Positions 19,590 to 28,513 of a stretch of 64,000 bases of DNA are shown here, piece after piece. Location of the stretch: NCBI GenBank assembly GCA_047947115.1, contig CP170459.1:384001-448000 (forward strand), read 5' to 3'. This DNA is from Verrucomicrobiota bacterium. Lineage in GTDB: Bacteria > Verrucomicrobiota > Verrucomicrobiia > Limisphaerales > AAA164-E04. Each line of letters starts with the position of its first letter. Position 1 is the first letter of the stretch. The position numbers and the translations under genes were made by a program. Below the pieces are notes generated by a model that ran no database searches, was not told where the DNA came from, and saw only the letters and a list, made by a program, of their open reading frames with translations.

Positions 19590-21539
19590 TCATGACTGAC
19601 CCGAAAAAGACAAGGATTCTTCCAGCCAACGGTCAGCTCGAAGCACGGCCAAACGCTGTTTGTAGGCTCGCCTTTCTGAAATCCACTGCGCAAAATTAAC
19701 CATCCATGGGCGTGGCAACAAGCTACTGAGAGCTGTCATCGGGTATGATTTTTCGCTTCCCTTGAGTGCTCTGACGATGATTTCATCCTCCATGGAAGCA
19801 AACATGCGAGCTGTTCCGGGATCGCCTTGACGTCCGCAGCGTCCGAATAATTGACGATCCACACGACCTGTTTCGTGAGGTTCGGTTGCGATCACATGCA
19901 GTCCTCCAAGAGCGGAAACATCCGGATCCAGCTTGATATCCGTCCCTCTACCAGCCATGTTTGTAGCCACCGTTATCCGGCCTTTTTCCCCCGCTCGAGC
20001 CACAATCATGGCTTCCTCAGAGAGTCGGGTCGCATTCAAAATCTGATATCTCAACCCTGCTTCATCAAGCATTTCACCAATCTTTTCACTGACATGCACG
20101 TTGCGTGTTCCGATCAAAATAGGGCGTCCCTGATGGTGGACAGCTTTGATTTCCTCCATGACCGCATGCCATTTGGAAGCCTCATCAGTCGTAATGACTC
20201 GTTGATGTTGCCTACGTATACAAGGTTTGTTCGAAGGCAGACACACCACCGGCAATTGGTAAATGCGCCACAATTCACGGGCTGATTCCCTGGCCGTACC
20301 TGTCATTCCGGACAATTTGGTGAAACATCGAAAAAATCTCTGAAAACTCATGCGGGCAACTGTTTCGCTGGGATCTGAGGGTTTGAGCCCCTCTTTCACC
20401 TCTATGGCCTGATGCAATCCCTGTCGCCAACTGCGTTGGGGCATTGGACGGCCGGTAAACTCGTCCACAATCACAACTTTACCATCCTGAACAATATATT
20501 GCTTCCCTTTCAGGAAAAACACCCGCCCCACCAGGGCTTGCCGCAGCAATTCTTCACGTCGAGCCTCGCTTTTCCAGATGCCGGGCCAATCATGAGAGAG
20601 CGATTCGATTTTCTGGCGACCGGCTTCGGTGAAATAAATCTCTTTGTAGGTGGACTGAACCGTGTAGTGGTCTCTCTCCGACAATTGACGCACAAGCGCG
20701 TCCGCGTGATAAATCGCTTTTTTCAGGGATTCGTTCGGTCTTGGACTGGATATGATGAGCGGAGTAACGGCCTCATCGATCAAGATACTATCAGCCTCAT
20801 CGACCACAGCCGTATGAATTCCCCTCAACACACCTCGCTGATTCCCCTGCATGCAGGATTGCGTCATTTGCTTCAGGATTCGACGTGATCGGGTGGCTGA
20901 GTCGCGATTTTTCATTTGATCCCGTAGTAAATCCGCCAAAAGTTCCCGACTGGTCGTGTAGGTCACATCGCAGCGATGAGCATCACGACGTTCCTCTTCG
21001 GAAGCCCCTCCCACTACCTTTCCAACCCGAATACGACAAAACTCGTAAAACGGCTCCAACCAGCTGGCATCACGCGCAACCAGGTAGTCATTCACGGTCA
21101 TCACATGAAAAGGCTTGCGGGTCCACCCGATCAGTACGGCAGCCAAACCGGCAGTCAATGTTTTGCCTTCACCGGTTGCCATTTCCACAAGATGTCCGCG
21201 GTTCAGCGCAAGTGCGCCGGCCAACTGTACGACAAAAGCCTTTAATCCAACCGTCCGAAACGCAGCCTCTCGAACGGCTGCAAGAGCCTCTAATTCAGCA
21301 TCATGCTTTGGTCTGCGGAGAAAAACAGAGCGAAATTCAAGTAAAGCCGCCCTCAGTTCATGGTCATTCATCACCTCAAACCTCGGAGCAAGCGCATCAA
21401 CCGCCTCGGCATCTTGGAGCAATTGTCGCCCAATGGCCGAACGGCGCTGATATGCACCCATCCACCCATGCATGACCGAATCCAACCCCCGATACATGGG
21501 GCGTGGCTTTGGAACCTGATAAAACTGATCGGATGCCAT
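19590..21539 (-). CDS. Secondary SecA-like DEAD ATPase lacking the C-terminal wing/scaffold and Zn-binding regions
   Basis: EMATGEGKT, TVNDYLV, DEADSILIDEAVTPLIIS, IVDEFTGR, GLHQAIEVKE, GMTGTA, ATNMAGRGTDI, RQLFGRCGRQGDPG; about 650 aa, ending soon after motif VI. Probable start MASDQ at 21539. Confidence 0.92.
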   Translation of the reverse strand: MASDQFYQVPKPRPMYRGLDSVMHGWMGAYQRRSAIGRQLLQDAEAVDALAPRFEVMNDHELRAALLEFRSVFLRRPKHDAELEALAAVREAAFRTVGLKAFVVQLAGALALNRGHLVEMATGEGKTLTAGLAAVLIGWTRKPFHVMTVNDYLVARDASWLEPFYEFCRIRVGKVVGGASEEERRDAHRCDVTYTTSRELLADLLRDQMKNRDSATRSRRILKQMTQSCMQGNQRGVLRGIHTAVVDEADSILIDEAVTPLIISSPRPNESLKKAIYHADALVRQLSERDHYTVQSTYKEIYFTEAGRQKIESLSHDWPGIWKSEARREELLRQALVGRVFFLKGKQYIVQDGKVVIVDEFTGRPMPQRSWRQGLHQAIEVKEGLKPSDPSETVARMSFQRFFRCFTKLSGMTGTARESARELWRIYQLPVVCLPSNKPCIRRQHQRVITTDEASKWHAVMEEIKAVHHQGRPILIGTRNVHVSEKIGEMLDEAGLRYQILNATRLSEEAMIVARAGEKGRITVATNMAGRGTDIKLDPDVSALGGLHVIATEPHETGRVDRQLFGRCGRQGDPGTARMFASMEDEIIVRALKGSEKSYPMTALSSLLPRPWMVNFAQWISERRAYKQRLAVLRADRWLEESLSFSGQS

Positions 21540-21574
21540 GGTTGAGTGACCGAAATTCAACCGCAAGAAAACGG

Positions 21575-23731
21575 TTACAATTGATACCTTCGCTGGAGTA
21601 ATTGTCTCAATCTCCTGATCCAACACGGCAGGAGAGGCTCGGCTTTTAAGTCAAATCGAATCTTCCCGGATCGACCGTGCAGAAGATGAGCATCACCGGA
21701 ACTTCCCAGTTTGGAGCGCACTTCAAAGAACGGCTCTGCGGTGGTGGCCCCCTGCTCGTCTTCCTGGGTTACCGGAATATCCCCTCCTCCACTCCAGCCA
21801 AGAGCACGTGAAGGCAATTGACGTTTTTCAACCGGAATGATGTCCATCGAGGTCACTTCAATTCCCGCCTCCGCCATACCAAAAAGTCGCACCTCTGAAG
21901 AACCGATTTCGTTGGCAAACAAACGATCCACATCATCCTGCAGCACCGGCGAAATAAACTCAAATCCACCGGGGTGAATCACTCGTCCAAGCGAACTCCC
22001 CCGCACCAGCCAACGCCCGATGACCTGCTCGACTTCCGGAGCCACCCAAATCCCGTCAATGGGTGATTTCATGATCAAATCTTCCTGCCGTTGCTTGAGG
22101 ACCAGTATACGTTCTTCGATGGATTGACGTTGGAAGAGGAGAGGTTTCACATCCACACCGTCAAAACTCATGGCCTGCAACAACTGCATTTTAACTTCGG
22201 ACAAGCGGGCCTCGGCCCGACGCATTTCGAGGCTCAGTTCCGGATTTGAAAGCCTCAGCAGAGGGGTTCCGGCCGTGACCTGAGCTCCGGGTTCTACCAG
22301 CACTTCCATTAAGGTGCCTTCGGTTTGGGAAACCAACTCGGCCCAGTTTTCTGCCGCTACCACACCCGATGCCCGAAAGTGATGAGGCAAAGGCACCAGC
22401 TGAAGGAAAATCAGCAGCACCCCGACAAAACCAAGCGTCACTCCGACGGCTCTGGAACGCACACGGTCCAGTTCGGGGCTGGTGAAGAGATAATAGATCC
22501 ACTTACCCAGCGGTGCAACGATCCAGGAAAACAAACAAATCACAGCCATCACGACACCGATCAACAAAAACCGATCCGCTACAAACAGGAGGATTCCGGT
22601 GAAAACAATGATACGATAAATATGACTCAATATCCCAAAAGTAACCAAAATCGTCTTTTCGGACTTCTTGTCGGTAGGGCTTTTCGAAGTTGCCACACCA
22701 TATGCATGGCGTTTGACCACGTGTTTCAGCTGTCCTGCCGAATGCTGATGCAAATTGGGATAATTCAGCAAATCACAGAGAATGTAATAACCATCAAAAC
22801 GAAGCAACGGATTCAAATTGAACAACAATGTGGAGACCGAGGCGATAAACATCATGTTGTAGGCCAGGTTGTGCACCAGTCCGGCCCCGGTGTTGGCCCA
22901 GACAAAAGTCGCCAAAGCGGCCACAAACACTTCAACAATCATCCCCGCCAATCCAACCAAAGCCCTTTTCCACCGACTGCTGAATCCCCAGCTGGAAGTC
23001 GCATCCACGTAAGGTATGGGGGTGAAAATCATGAGCATGACACCCATCACATGGACTTCACCTCCGAACTTTCGACAAAAGAAGGCATGACCAAATTCAT
23101 GGAGCGTCTTCAAAATGACCAGGCCAGCATAAAGCCAAACAAGGTTGCCGGGAGCCAACAGGGCCTGAGATTCGTCCTTGAGCGCCGGAAAATAATCCAG
23201 CACAACTTTCAACGCTCCCCCTACCGTCAACAGCCAGATCAAAAACCCAAAGGGACTGATCAAAGGTCCGACGATGGGAAGCATCCGCTTCAAGAAGCGA
23301 TCCGGATCCAGCAGCGGAAATCGAATAAACATCAGGTTGAGAAACTTGGATCGGATCTCACGCTGCCGGCGCTGTTGGAAACGACGGAACAATTCCGCGC
23401 TGTCCTCCGGATTCTCATAGTGCAGCAAACCCACCTGGTACAACTGTGCCAGCAAGCGAATGACCGCATCCTGACTTGGAGCTTCATCCGGATTGGTTTC
23501 CAGAGACTCTTCCCACACCTGCTCCACCGTCTTGTCGGGACGCAAGCGGGCGATGAATTCGTAGGCCTGGGGGCGCAGCCGGAAGTACTGGTTGCTCACC
23601 GGATTCTCCAGCACATACCACCGCTCGCCCCGGTGATACTGACGACGCACCCTCACGCTCGAACGCAGATAAATGCGTTGATTCGCGACGCGATGCCAGG
23701 ATTCGCTGAATGTCTGCTGATTATCCGCCAT
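21575..23731 (-). CDS. M50 (site-2) metallopeptidase-like membrane protein fused to an N-terminal PqqD-like domain and a C-terminal HlyD/biotinyl-lipoyl MFP domain
   Basis: HEFGH (HExxH), NLNPLLRFDGYY, multiple TM helices, EVLVEPGAQVTAGTPLLRL lipoyl half-motif, coiled coil, KSPIDG. Confidence 0.85.
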   Translation of the reverse strand: MADNQQTFSESWHRVANQRIYLRSSVRVRRQYHRGERWYVLENPVSNQYFRLRPQAYEFIARLRPDKTVEQVWEESLETNPDEAPSQDAVIRLLAQLYQVGLLHYENPEDSAELFRRFQQRRQREIRSKFLNLMFIRFPLLDPDRFLKRMLPIVGPLISPFGFLIWLLTVGGALKVVLDYFPALKDESQALLAPGNLVWLYAGLVILKTLHEFGHAFFCRKFGGEVHVMGVMLMIFTPIPYVDATSSWGFSSRWKRALVGLAGMIVEVFVAALATFVWANTGAGLVHNLAYNMMFIASVSTLLFNLNPLLRFDGYYILCDLLNYPNLHQHSAGQLKHVVKRHAYGVATSKSPTDKKSEKTILVTFGILSHIYRIIVFTGILLFVADRFLLIGVVMAVICLFSWIVAPLGKWIYYLFTSPELDRVRSRAVGVTLGFVGVLLIFLQLVPLPHHFRASGVVAAENWAELVSQTEGTLMEVLVEPGAQVTAGTPLLRLSNPELSLEMRRAEARLSEVKMQLLQAMSFDGVDVKPLLFQRQSIEERILVLKQRQEDLIMKSPIDGIWVAPEVEQVIGRWLVRGSSLGRVIHPGGFEFISPVLQDDVDRLFANEIGSSEVRLFGMAEAGIEVTSMDIIPVEKRQLPSRALGWSGGGDIPVTQEDEQGATTAEPFFEVRSKLGSSGDAHLLHGRSGKIRFDLKAEPLLPCWIRRLRQLLQRRYQL

Positions 23732-23734
23732 GAT

Positions 23735-25627
23735 TTACCACCAGAAAAACATTCTCAGGAAATCCACCGTGCGATGGGTGAATATGTAGAACAAGCTACG
23801 CTTTCCTGCATTGAGTTTTGCCACTCCGCTCATACCTGGACGGAACCAGGATTCCGGGTTTTCAAGAAAGGCCGTACGGATCAGAAAAACATTCTCGCTG
23901 GTTTTGGTGACCGCCGAAGGCTCCACCCGGTCGATTGAAATCGGAAATTTCTTCTTGGGCTGACTGACAAATGCAATCTCTCCATCGACCGCCCCCAGCA
24001 CATCATCGATATCGCGTTCATTGGCTTCGGCTTCCACATAGAGACGATCAATGCGGGCAATGCGAAAGAGCACTTCGCCTTCCCGAACCGGAGCCCCAAG
24101 CCGCTCCTTCAAATCACCTTCCACCATGATACCGTCTATCGGCGACTTCAAGGTGGCCTGACTGATTCGCCACTGAACCAGTTCCAGCCTGGCCTGGTTC
24201 TGCTCCACGAGAGCTTCCGAAATCCGCATATCCGCCAGTTGGCGGGCGGCTCGGGCTTTTTCAGCCTCACGCTTGAAACGGTTCAAGTCGGCGATGATGG
24301 AGGACTGCTCCAACTCCAGATCATCCGTATCCAGTTTCAGAAGGGCATCCCCCTGATTCACCGGGTCTCCGGCTTCTTTGAAAACTTCCTCGATATAACT
24401 GTCAAAGGGAACGGATTGATAAAAAACCTCGTCGCTCTTCAGGATGAAATTAGCTTCCACACGGTATGGCACCCGAATCAAAATCATCGCCAGGAGACCG
24501 AGAAGAATCAAAATACCGATCAATTTGGAAAGGGTATGCTCCGGCCCGAAAAACTTGGCTCCGAAATCCCGAATTCCATCCTTCATCCGTGCGCCAAACC
24601 AACGGTCCTTGTATTTCAGATCCTGCAAACGATAGCTCAACAGGTCGCAAGGCAATTGAATCTGTTGGACCTCGGTTTCTGCAAATGTGCCAGCCATGCG
24701 CTCCAAAGTGATCACCCCGACCACATCATCCCCTTTGTGCAAGGGAATGGAACAAATGTGTTTGAGATCCTCGGATTTCTGGTACTGAGCATGATCTCTG
24801 GTCAACGGTCCTCCATCCTGTTCGGAGGGAAACACAATGATCTCATTCTGGTCCAGCGCTTCTTCCATGGCGGCTTCCAACAATTGGATGGCTTCCATCT
24901 TTCGATCGAAACGCTCTGTATGACTCATTGCCTGCAAGCGAATACCATCACCCTCCACCCAACCAAGGCTCACCCGTTCACATTGGTGTTTGCCAGCCAT
25001 GGCGTTGCAGAATGCAATCGCAGAAGAGAGAAAAGCCTGTTCGGGAGAAACCTGCGCGACCAGATCCAAAACGCTCGCAATCTTTTGAACGTCGTCCCGG
25101 GCACGGGATGCAGACTGGCGAAGAAGCAGTTGGTTGGGCAATTCGGCCACCAACAACTGTCGCAGCAGCGTATCCCTTGCCTTGGATTCATTGCTACCCT
25201 CTAAAAGACTCACCACCACAAAAGTGTCCCGACTCGCTTTGAGCGGAAGGGAAATGGCCAGAGTAAACTCGGTTGCTCCTGGGGCGTCCGCATCTGCGGA
25301 GAGTGGGCGACACACAACGCCCTCTTTTGTGCAATAATCTGCGGCGCCAGGAACTTGACCGCGGAAAAGGGCCTTGTGCTGATTGTTGGCGTCCGAAGCT
25401 TCCCACTGCGAAAGGCGCTTCCAATTCCCATCACCAGTGGTGGATTTGACCGCCACCATCACCACAGAAGCATGGGAAATGCGACCGATTAAACCCGCAT
25501 AACGCTTCCAAAACTCCACCAGATTGCCCTGCCAGTTGGCGAGAGCTTCCAGTTCCTTGGGTATGCGCTCGAAGAAATCCCCTTCGGGCATGGGTGCCCC
25601 GGAATTGACTTGATCCTCGTCTGCCAC
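23735..25627 (-). CDS. GAF-domain / HlyD-family membrane fusion protein
   Basis: GAF-like segment (RVSLGW...ICSIPLHKGDDVVGVITLER), single TM (LIGILILLGLLAMILIRV), then VPFDSYIEEVFKEAGDPVNQGDALLKL, KSPIDG, FRPGMSGVAK. Confidence 0.82.
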   Translation of the reverse strand: MADEDQVNSGAPMPEGDFFERIPKELEALANWQGNLVEFWKRYAGLIGRISHASVVMVAVKSTTGDGNWKRLSQWEASDANNQHKALFRGQVPGAADYCTKEGVVCRPLSADADAPGATEFTLAISLPLKASRDTFVVVSLLEGSNESKARDTLLRQLLVAELPNQLLLRQSASRARDDVQKIASVLDLVAQVSPEQAFLSSAIAFCNAMAGKHQCERVSLGWVEGDGIRLQAMSHTERFDRKMEAIQLLEAAMEEALDQNEIIVFPSEQDGGPLTRDHAQYQKSEDLKHICSIPLHKGDDVVGVITLERMAGTFAETEVQQIQLPCDLLSYRLQDLKYKDRWFGARMKDGIRDFGAKFFGPEHTLSKLIGILILLGLLAMILIRVPYRVEANFILKSDEVFYQSVPFDSYIEEVFKEAGDPVNQGDALLKLDTDDLELEQSSIIADLNRFKREAEKARAARQLADMRISEALVEQNQARLELVQWRISQATLKSPIDGIMVEGDLKERLGAPVREGEVLFRIARIDRLYVEAEANERDIDDVLGAVDGEIAFVSQPKKKFPISIDRVEPSAVTKTSENVFLIRTAFLENPESWFRPGMSGVAKLNAGKRSLFYIFTHRTVDFLRMFFWW

Positions 25628-25639
25628 AGAAAACCTTCC

Positions 25640-26404
25640 TTAATTGATTTGAACCAAGGCCATCACACCCGGTCTGATTTGTCGTTCCGGATTGTCGATG
25701 ACGACTTTGATACGTAACAACCCACTGGCTGCATCCACTACGGGGGAGATAAAAGTGATCTCACCCGTGACCACTTTATCGAGGTCCTTAAAGGCTCCCT
25801 TGATGGGGAGTTTCTGTCCCTTCTGCAAGTGACCGGCAACATCAAACGGCAAATTGCACACGAACAGAATGCGACTCGTATCCACCAGGCGAATCAAAGG
25901 ATTCCCAACCTTGGTACCTTCCCCGACTTCGTGCTCGAGAAAATCCGCAATCACACCGGAAAACGGGGCAATGACCTGTCTGTCCTTCAGCCTCGCCTGA
26001 GCCAGCTCAAAATCCGCTTTGGCAATCAGGTAATTACCCTCCGCCGTTTCCAACCGTTCAGCACTGACTGAACTGGTTTTTTCAGTGAGCTGTTTGAGAC
26101 GGGCCCATTCCTTCTCGGAAAGATTCATCGCAACCTTTCGACGCTCGACATCCAGGCGCTCAATTTCAGTGGAAAGCTCTACAATCACCTGACCTTTATC
26201 AACTGCATCGCCTTCGTCGAAATAACGGCCGCCAATGACGCCATCATTCGGTGCACCCAAGGTGGAATCCAGAACCGGGTGGGTAATTCCCTCAAACCAT
26301 CCATCCGTTTGAGCCTGTGTGTAAATGCAACTTGCAACCATCAACCAAGCGCCCAAAAGGATGCATGGATGCATGGTTTGCGTAAATGTCCTGCAGTTTT
26401 TCAT
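25640..26404 (-). CDS. RND/HlyD-type periplasmic adaptor (membrane fusion protein)
   Basis: EGDAVDKGQVIVEL, IAPFSGVI, FISPVVDAASG, IRPGVMA; signal-like N-terminus. Start uncertain (26470/26404/26374). Confidence 0.85.
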   Translation of the reverse strand: MKNCRTFTQTMHPCILLGAWLMVASCIYTQAQTDGWFEGITHPVLDSTLGAPNDGVIGGRYFDEGDAVDKGQVIVELSTEIERLDVERRKVAMNLSEKEWARLKQLTEKTSSVSAERLETAEGNYLIAKADFELAQARLKDRQVIAPFSGVIADFLEHEVGEGTKVGNPLIRLVDTSRILFVCNLPFDVAGHLQKGQKLPIKGAFKDLDKVVTGEITFISPVVDAASGLLRIKVVIDNPERQIRPGVMALVQIN

Positions 26405-26470
26405 GTCAAAAATACTCGAATACAATTGGAGCAATCCCATTTCACCTTGGATAAAGCATGCACCCGGCAA

Positions 26471-28168
26471 TCAAGGTTCCTTCGTGGTGGCGCCCAGACG
26501 ATAATAACGGCTCAGGTTCATGCGGTATTTCTGGAACGTGGCGGCATCGATGCCGCTGGCCTCCACCAGAGATCGTGTCTGCTCCGCCAACAATTCCCGA
26601 CTCAATTCCACATTACGCTCCTTAAGGACCGTTCCGGACAAAATCTGCAGCTGAAGCACTGCGCGACGGAACAGCACCTTGGCCATCAGGGATTGGATTT
26701 TAGCTTCCAACAGATCTTCTTCCGTTTCCAACACCTGCTGATTATCCACCGTCCCCACTTCCAAGCGTTCAAGCTGGGTCTTCAACAAATTGTCGTAAAA
26801 GCCGACCACTTTGTCATGGTTGCCCACACTGGAATGGGTGCTTTTCAAATTGTGCAGGGCAGCCTTGATGCCGTTGGACAATTCGGTTTCCATGGATTTC
26901 AACCCCAACTCGGCCTGCTGGACTTCCAACTTAACCGCTTTCAACTCATTCTTGACCCGGCCCCCGCCATCGAGCGGGACACGTAATTCCACACCAACCG
27001 ACCAGGTAACAAAATCACTATTGCTCACGTCGTCGAAGGAATTACCCGCCGAGTCACCCAGACCGTTGTAACCATAATCACCCGTGAGATTTAAATCAGG
27101 TAGACGTTGATTTTTCGCATACTTGAGCCTTACTCGTTGTTTGATGATTTCCCTCTGTTGAGCAAGCAGATCGGGATTCCATTTGTCGGCCTCATACCGG
27201 GCGGCAACAAATGAATAATTTTCAATGCCACTCAACGTGGGACTGTCCACAGAAACCACTCTCTGGTCACTGTTCTCCTGATCATTGGCACTCAGGCTAA
27301 GCAATCGGTTCATGTTTTCGATCACCGCCTGCTCAGCGTCCAACAACTGCGCCTGCCGTTGAGCCAGAGCCGATTCCACCTCCAACACATCGAGAGGTGA
27401 TGCTGATCCGACATTTTGTTTGACCTTGGTGTCATCCAACAAATTTTGAGTGACGGACACACTTTCCGAGAGAAACTGAACCCGCTGCTGTGCGTAATAT
27501 AGATCCCAATAAAGCGTTTCCGCCTGGGTGATCACACGCATGAGTTCGCGGCGATACCCCTGAAAGGCAATGTGCGAATCCTGAGCGGCTATCCGTAAAG
27601 GTGTCATCTCAGCACCCCACGCATTTTTCAGCAAGGGTTGGACCAGAGAAAGCCCGGTGAAGGTCACGAATTCAGCGCCAGGAGGTCGTGTCGTGCCAAA
27701 TATGGAAGAAGATCCTTGCAGATTGTTCTTCAAACGACTGACCGAATACCCCAGCCGCACACGTCCGCCGCCAGGAATAAGAGATTCGATGCCACTGGAA
27801 TACAGGTGGCTTTGCTGATCAAATTCCGCCAAACCGGACAACTGCCGTTCTTGCTGAACCGTATTGGGACGGTCCAAATCCTGATATTGTCCATTGAGAA
27901 CCAGCTCGGGATTGTAAAGCGTGCGTTCGGCATCCAGTCGGCGAAGGCCCACTTCGGTCTGCAAAACAGAAATCTGGATCCGATCGTTCTGATCCAACAC
28001 ACGTTGCAGGTAATCCTCCAAAGTGAGTTCCACAACCGGCTCCGAAGATTCAGCGGCATGCAAGCCAAGGGCAACCCCCATACAAGTCACAGCCAAAAAC
28101 CTAGCTACTCCACATATTTTCCGACCACCGACACGCTGCACGGTCTCCTCTTCCATAAAGGCTTTCAT
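26471..28168 (-). CDS. TolC-family outer membrane efflux protein
   Basis: Signal peptide; LTLEDYLQRVLDQN; SLVQPLLKN; LPDLNLTGDYG; WSVGVELRVPL; two OEP-like helical repeats. Confidence 0.9.
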   Translation of the reverse strand: MKAFMEEETVQRVGGRKICGVARFLAVTCMGVALGLHAAESSEPVVELTLEDYLQRVLDQNDRIQISVLQTEVGLRRLDAERTLYNPELVLNGQYQDLDRPNTVQQERQLSGLAEFDQQSHLYSSGIESLIPGGGRVRLGYSVSRLKNNLQGSSSIFGTTRPPGAEFVTFTGLSLVQPLLKNAWGAEMTPLRIAAQDSHIAFQGYRRELMRVITQAETLYWDLYYAQQRVQFLSESVSVTQNLLDDTKVKQNVGSASPLDVLEVESALAQRQAQLLDAEQAVIENMNRLLSLSANDQENSDQRVVSVDSPTLSGIENYSFVAARYEADKWNPDLLAQQREIIKQRVRLKYAKNQRLPDLNLTGDYGYNGLGDSAGNSFDDVSNSDFVTWSVGVELRVPLDGGGRVKNELKAVKLEVQQAELGLKSMETELSNGIKAALHNLKSTHSSVGNHDKVVGFYDNLLKTQLERLEVGTVDNQQVLETEEDLLEAKIQSLMAKVLFRRAVLQLQILSGTVLKERNVELSRELLAEQTRSLVEASGIDAATFQKYRMNLSRYYRLGATTKEP

Positions 28169-28232
28169 AGATTGGTATTCAGTTAGTTAAGGGAATCAAT
28201 CGCGCTTCGGATGGCTCTCTCCCCCTGATTAA

Positions 28233-28250
28233 TTACTCCTGACGCGCATG
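28233..28250. repeat. Orphan copy of the IS4 terminal inverted repeat
   Basis: TCCTGACGCGCATG (28237-28250) is identical to the last 14 bp of the IS4 IR at 9972-9985. Confidence 0.55.
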
Positions 28251-28513
28251 AACTCATATTACGAATTGCCCTCCTCCTCAAAGGTTAATCACTGAAGTCA
28301 AGAGGCGGACTTTAGTGATTTGCTTTAAAAAAACAAGCCATGATTCAAAAATGACAAAAACGCGTATTTCCACAAAAGGATGAGTAGCATGTAAAAAATC
28401 GATAGAAACCATCGATCAAATCAAGTAAACGGACAAATTCCAACCCCGAGCAGGTGTATCATTGCATCATCGTTCCAACAATCTATAATCATGCCGCAAG
28501 AGAGTTGTATTGA

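Noticed and set aside
19590..21539. Housekeeping secA
   Set aside because: Too short, lacks the C-terminal domains, and sits in an accessory operon; symbol withheld.
22325..25204. 537-aa and 321-aa plus-strand ORFs
   Set aside because: Antisense to the well-supported M50-MFP and GAF-MFP genes.
8472..28250. Already-transposed 19.8-kb composite transposon
   Set aside because: The outer flanks share no target duplication, and the IS4 has its own intact duplication.
28320..28345. Possible sigma-54 promoter for tolC (minus strand TGGCTTG...)
   Set aside because: No TTGC/GC at the -12 spacing.
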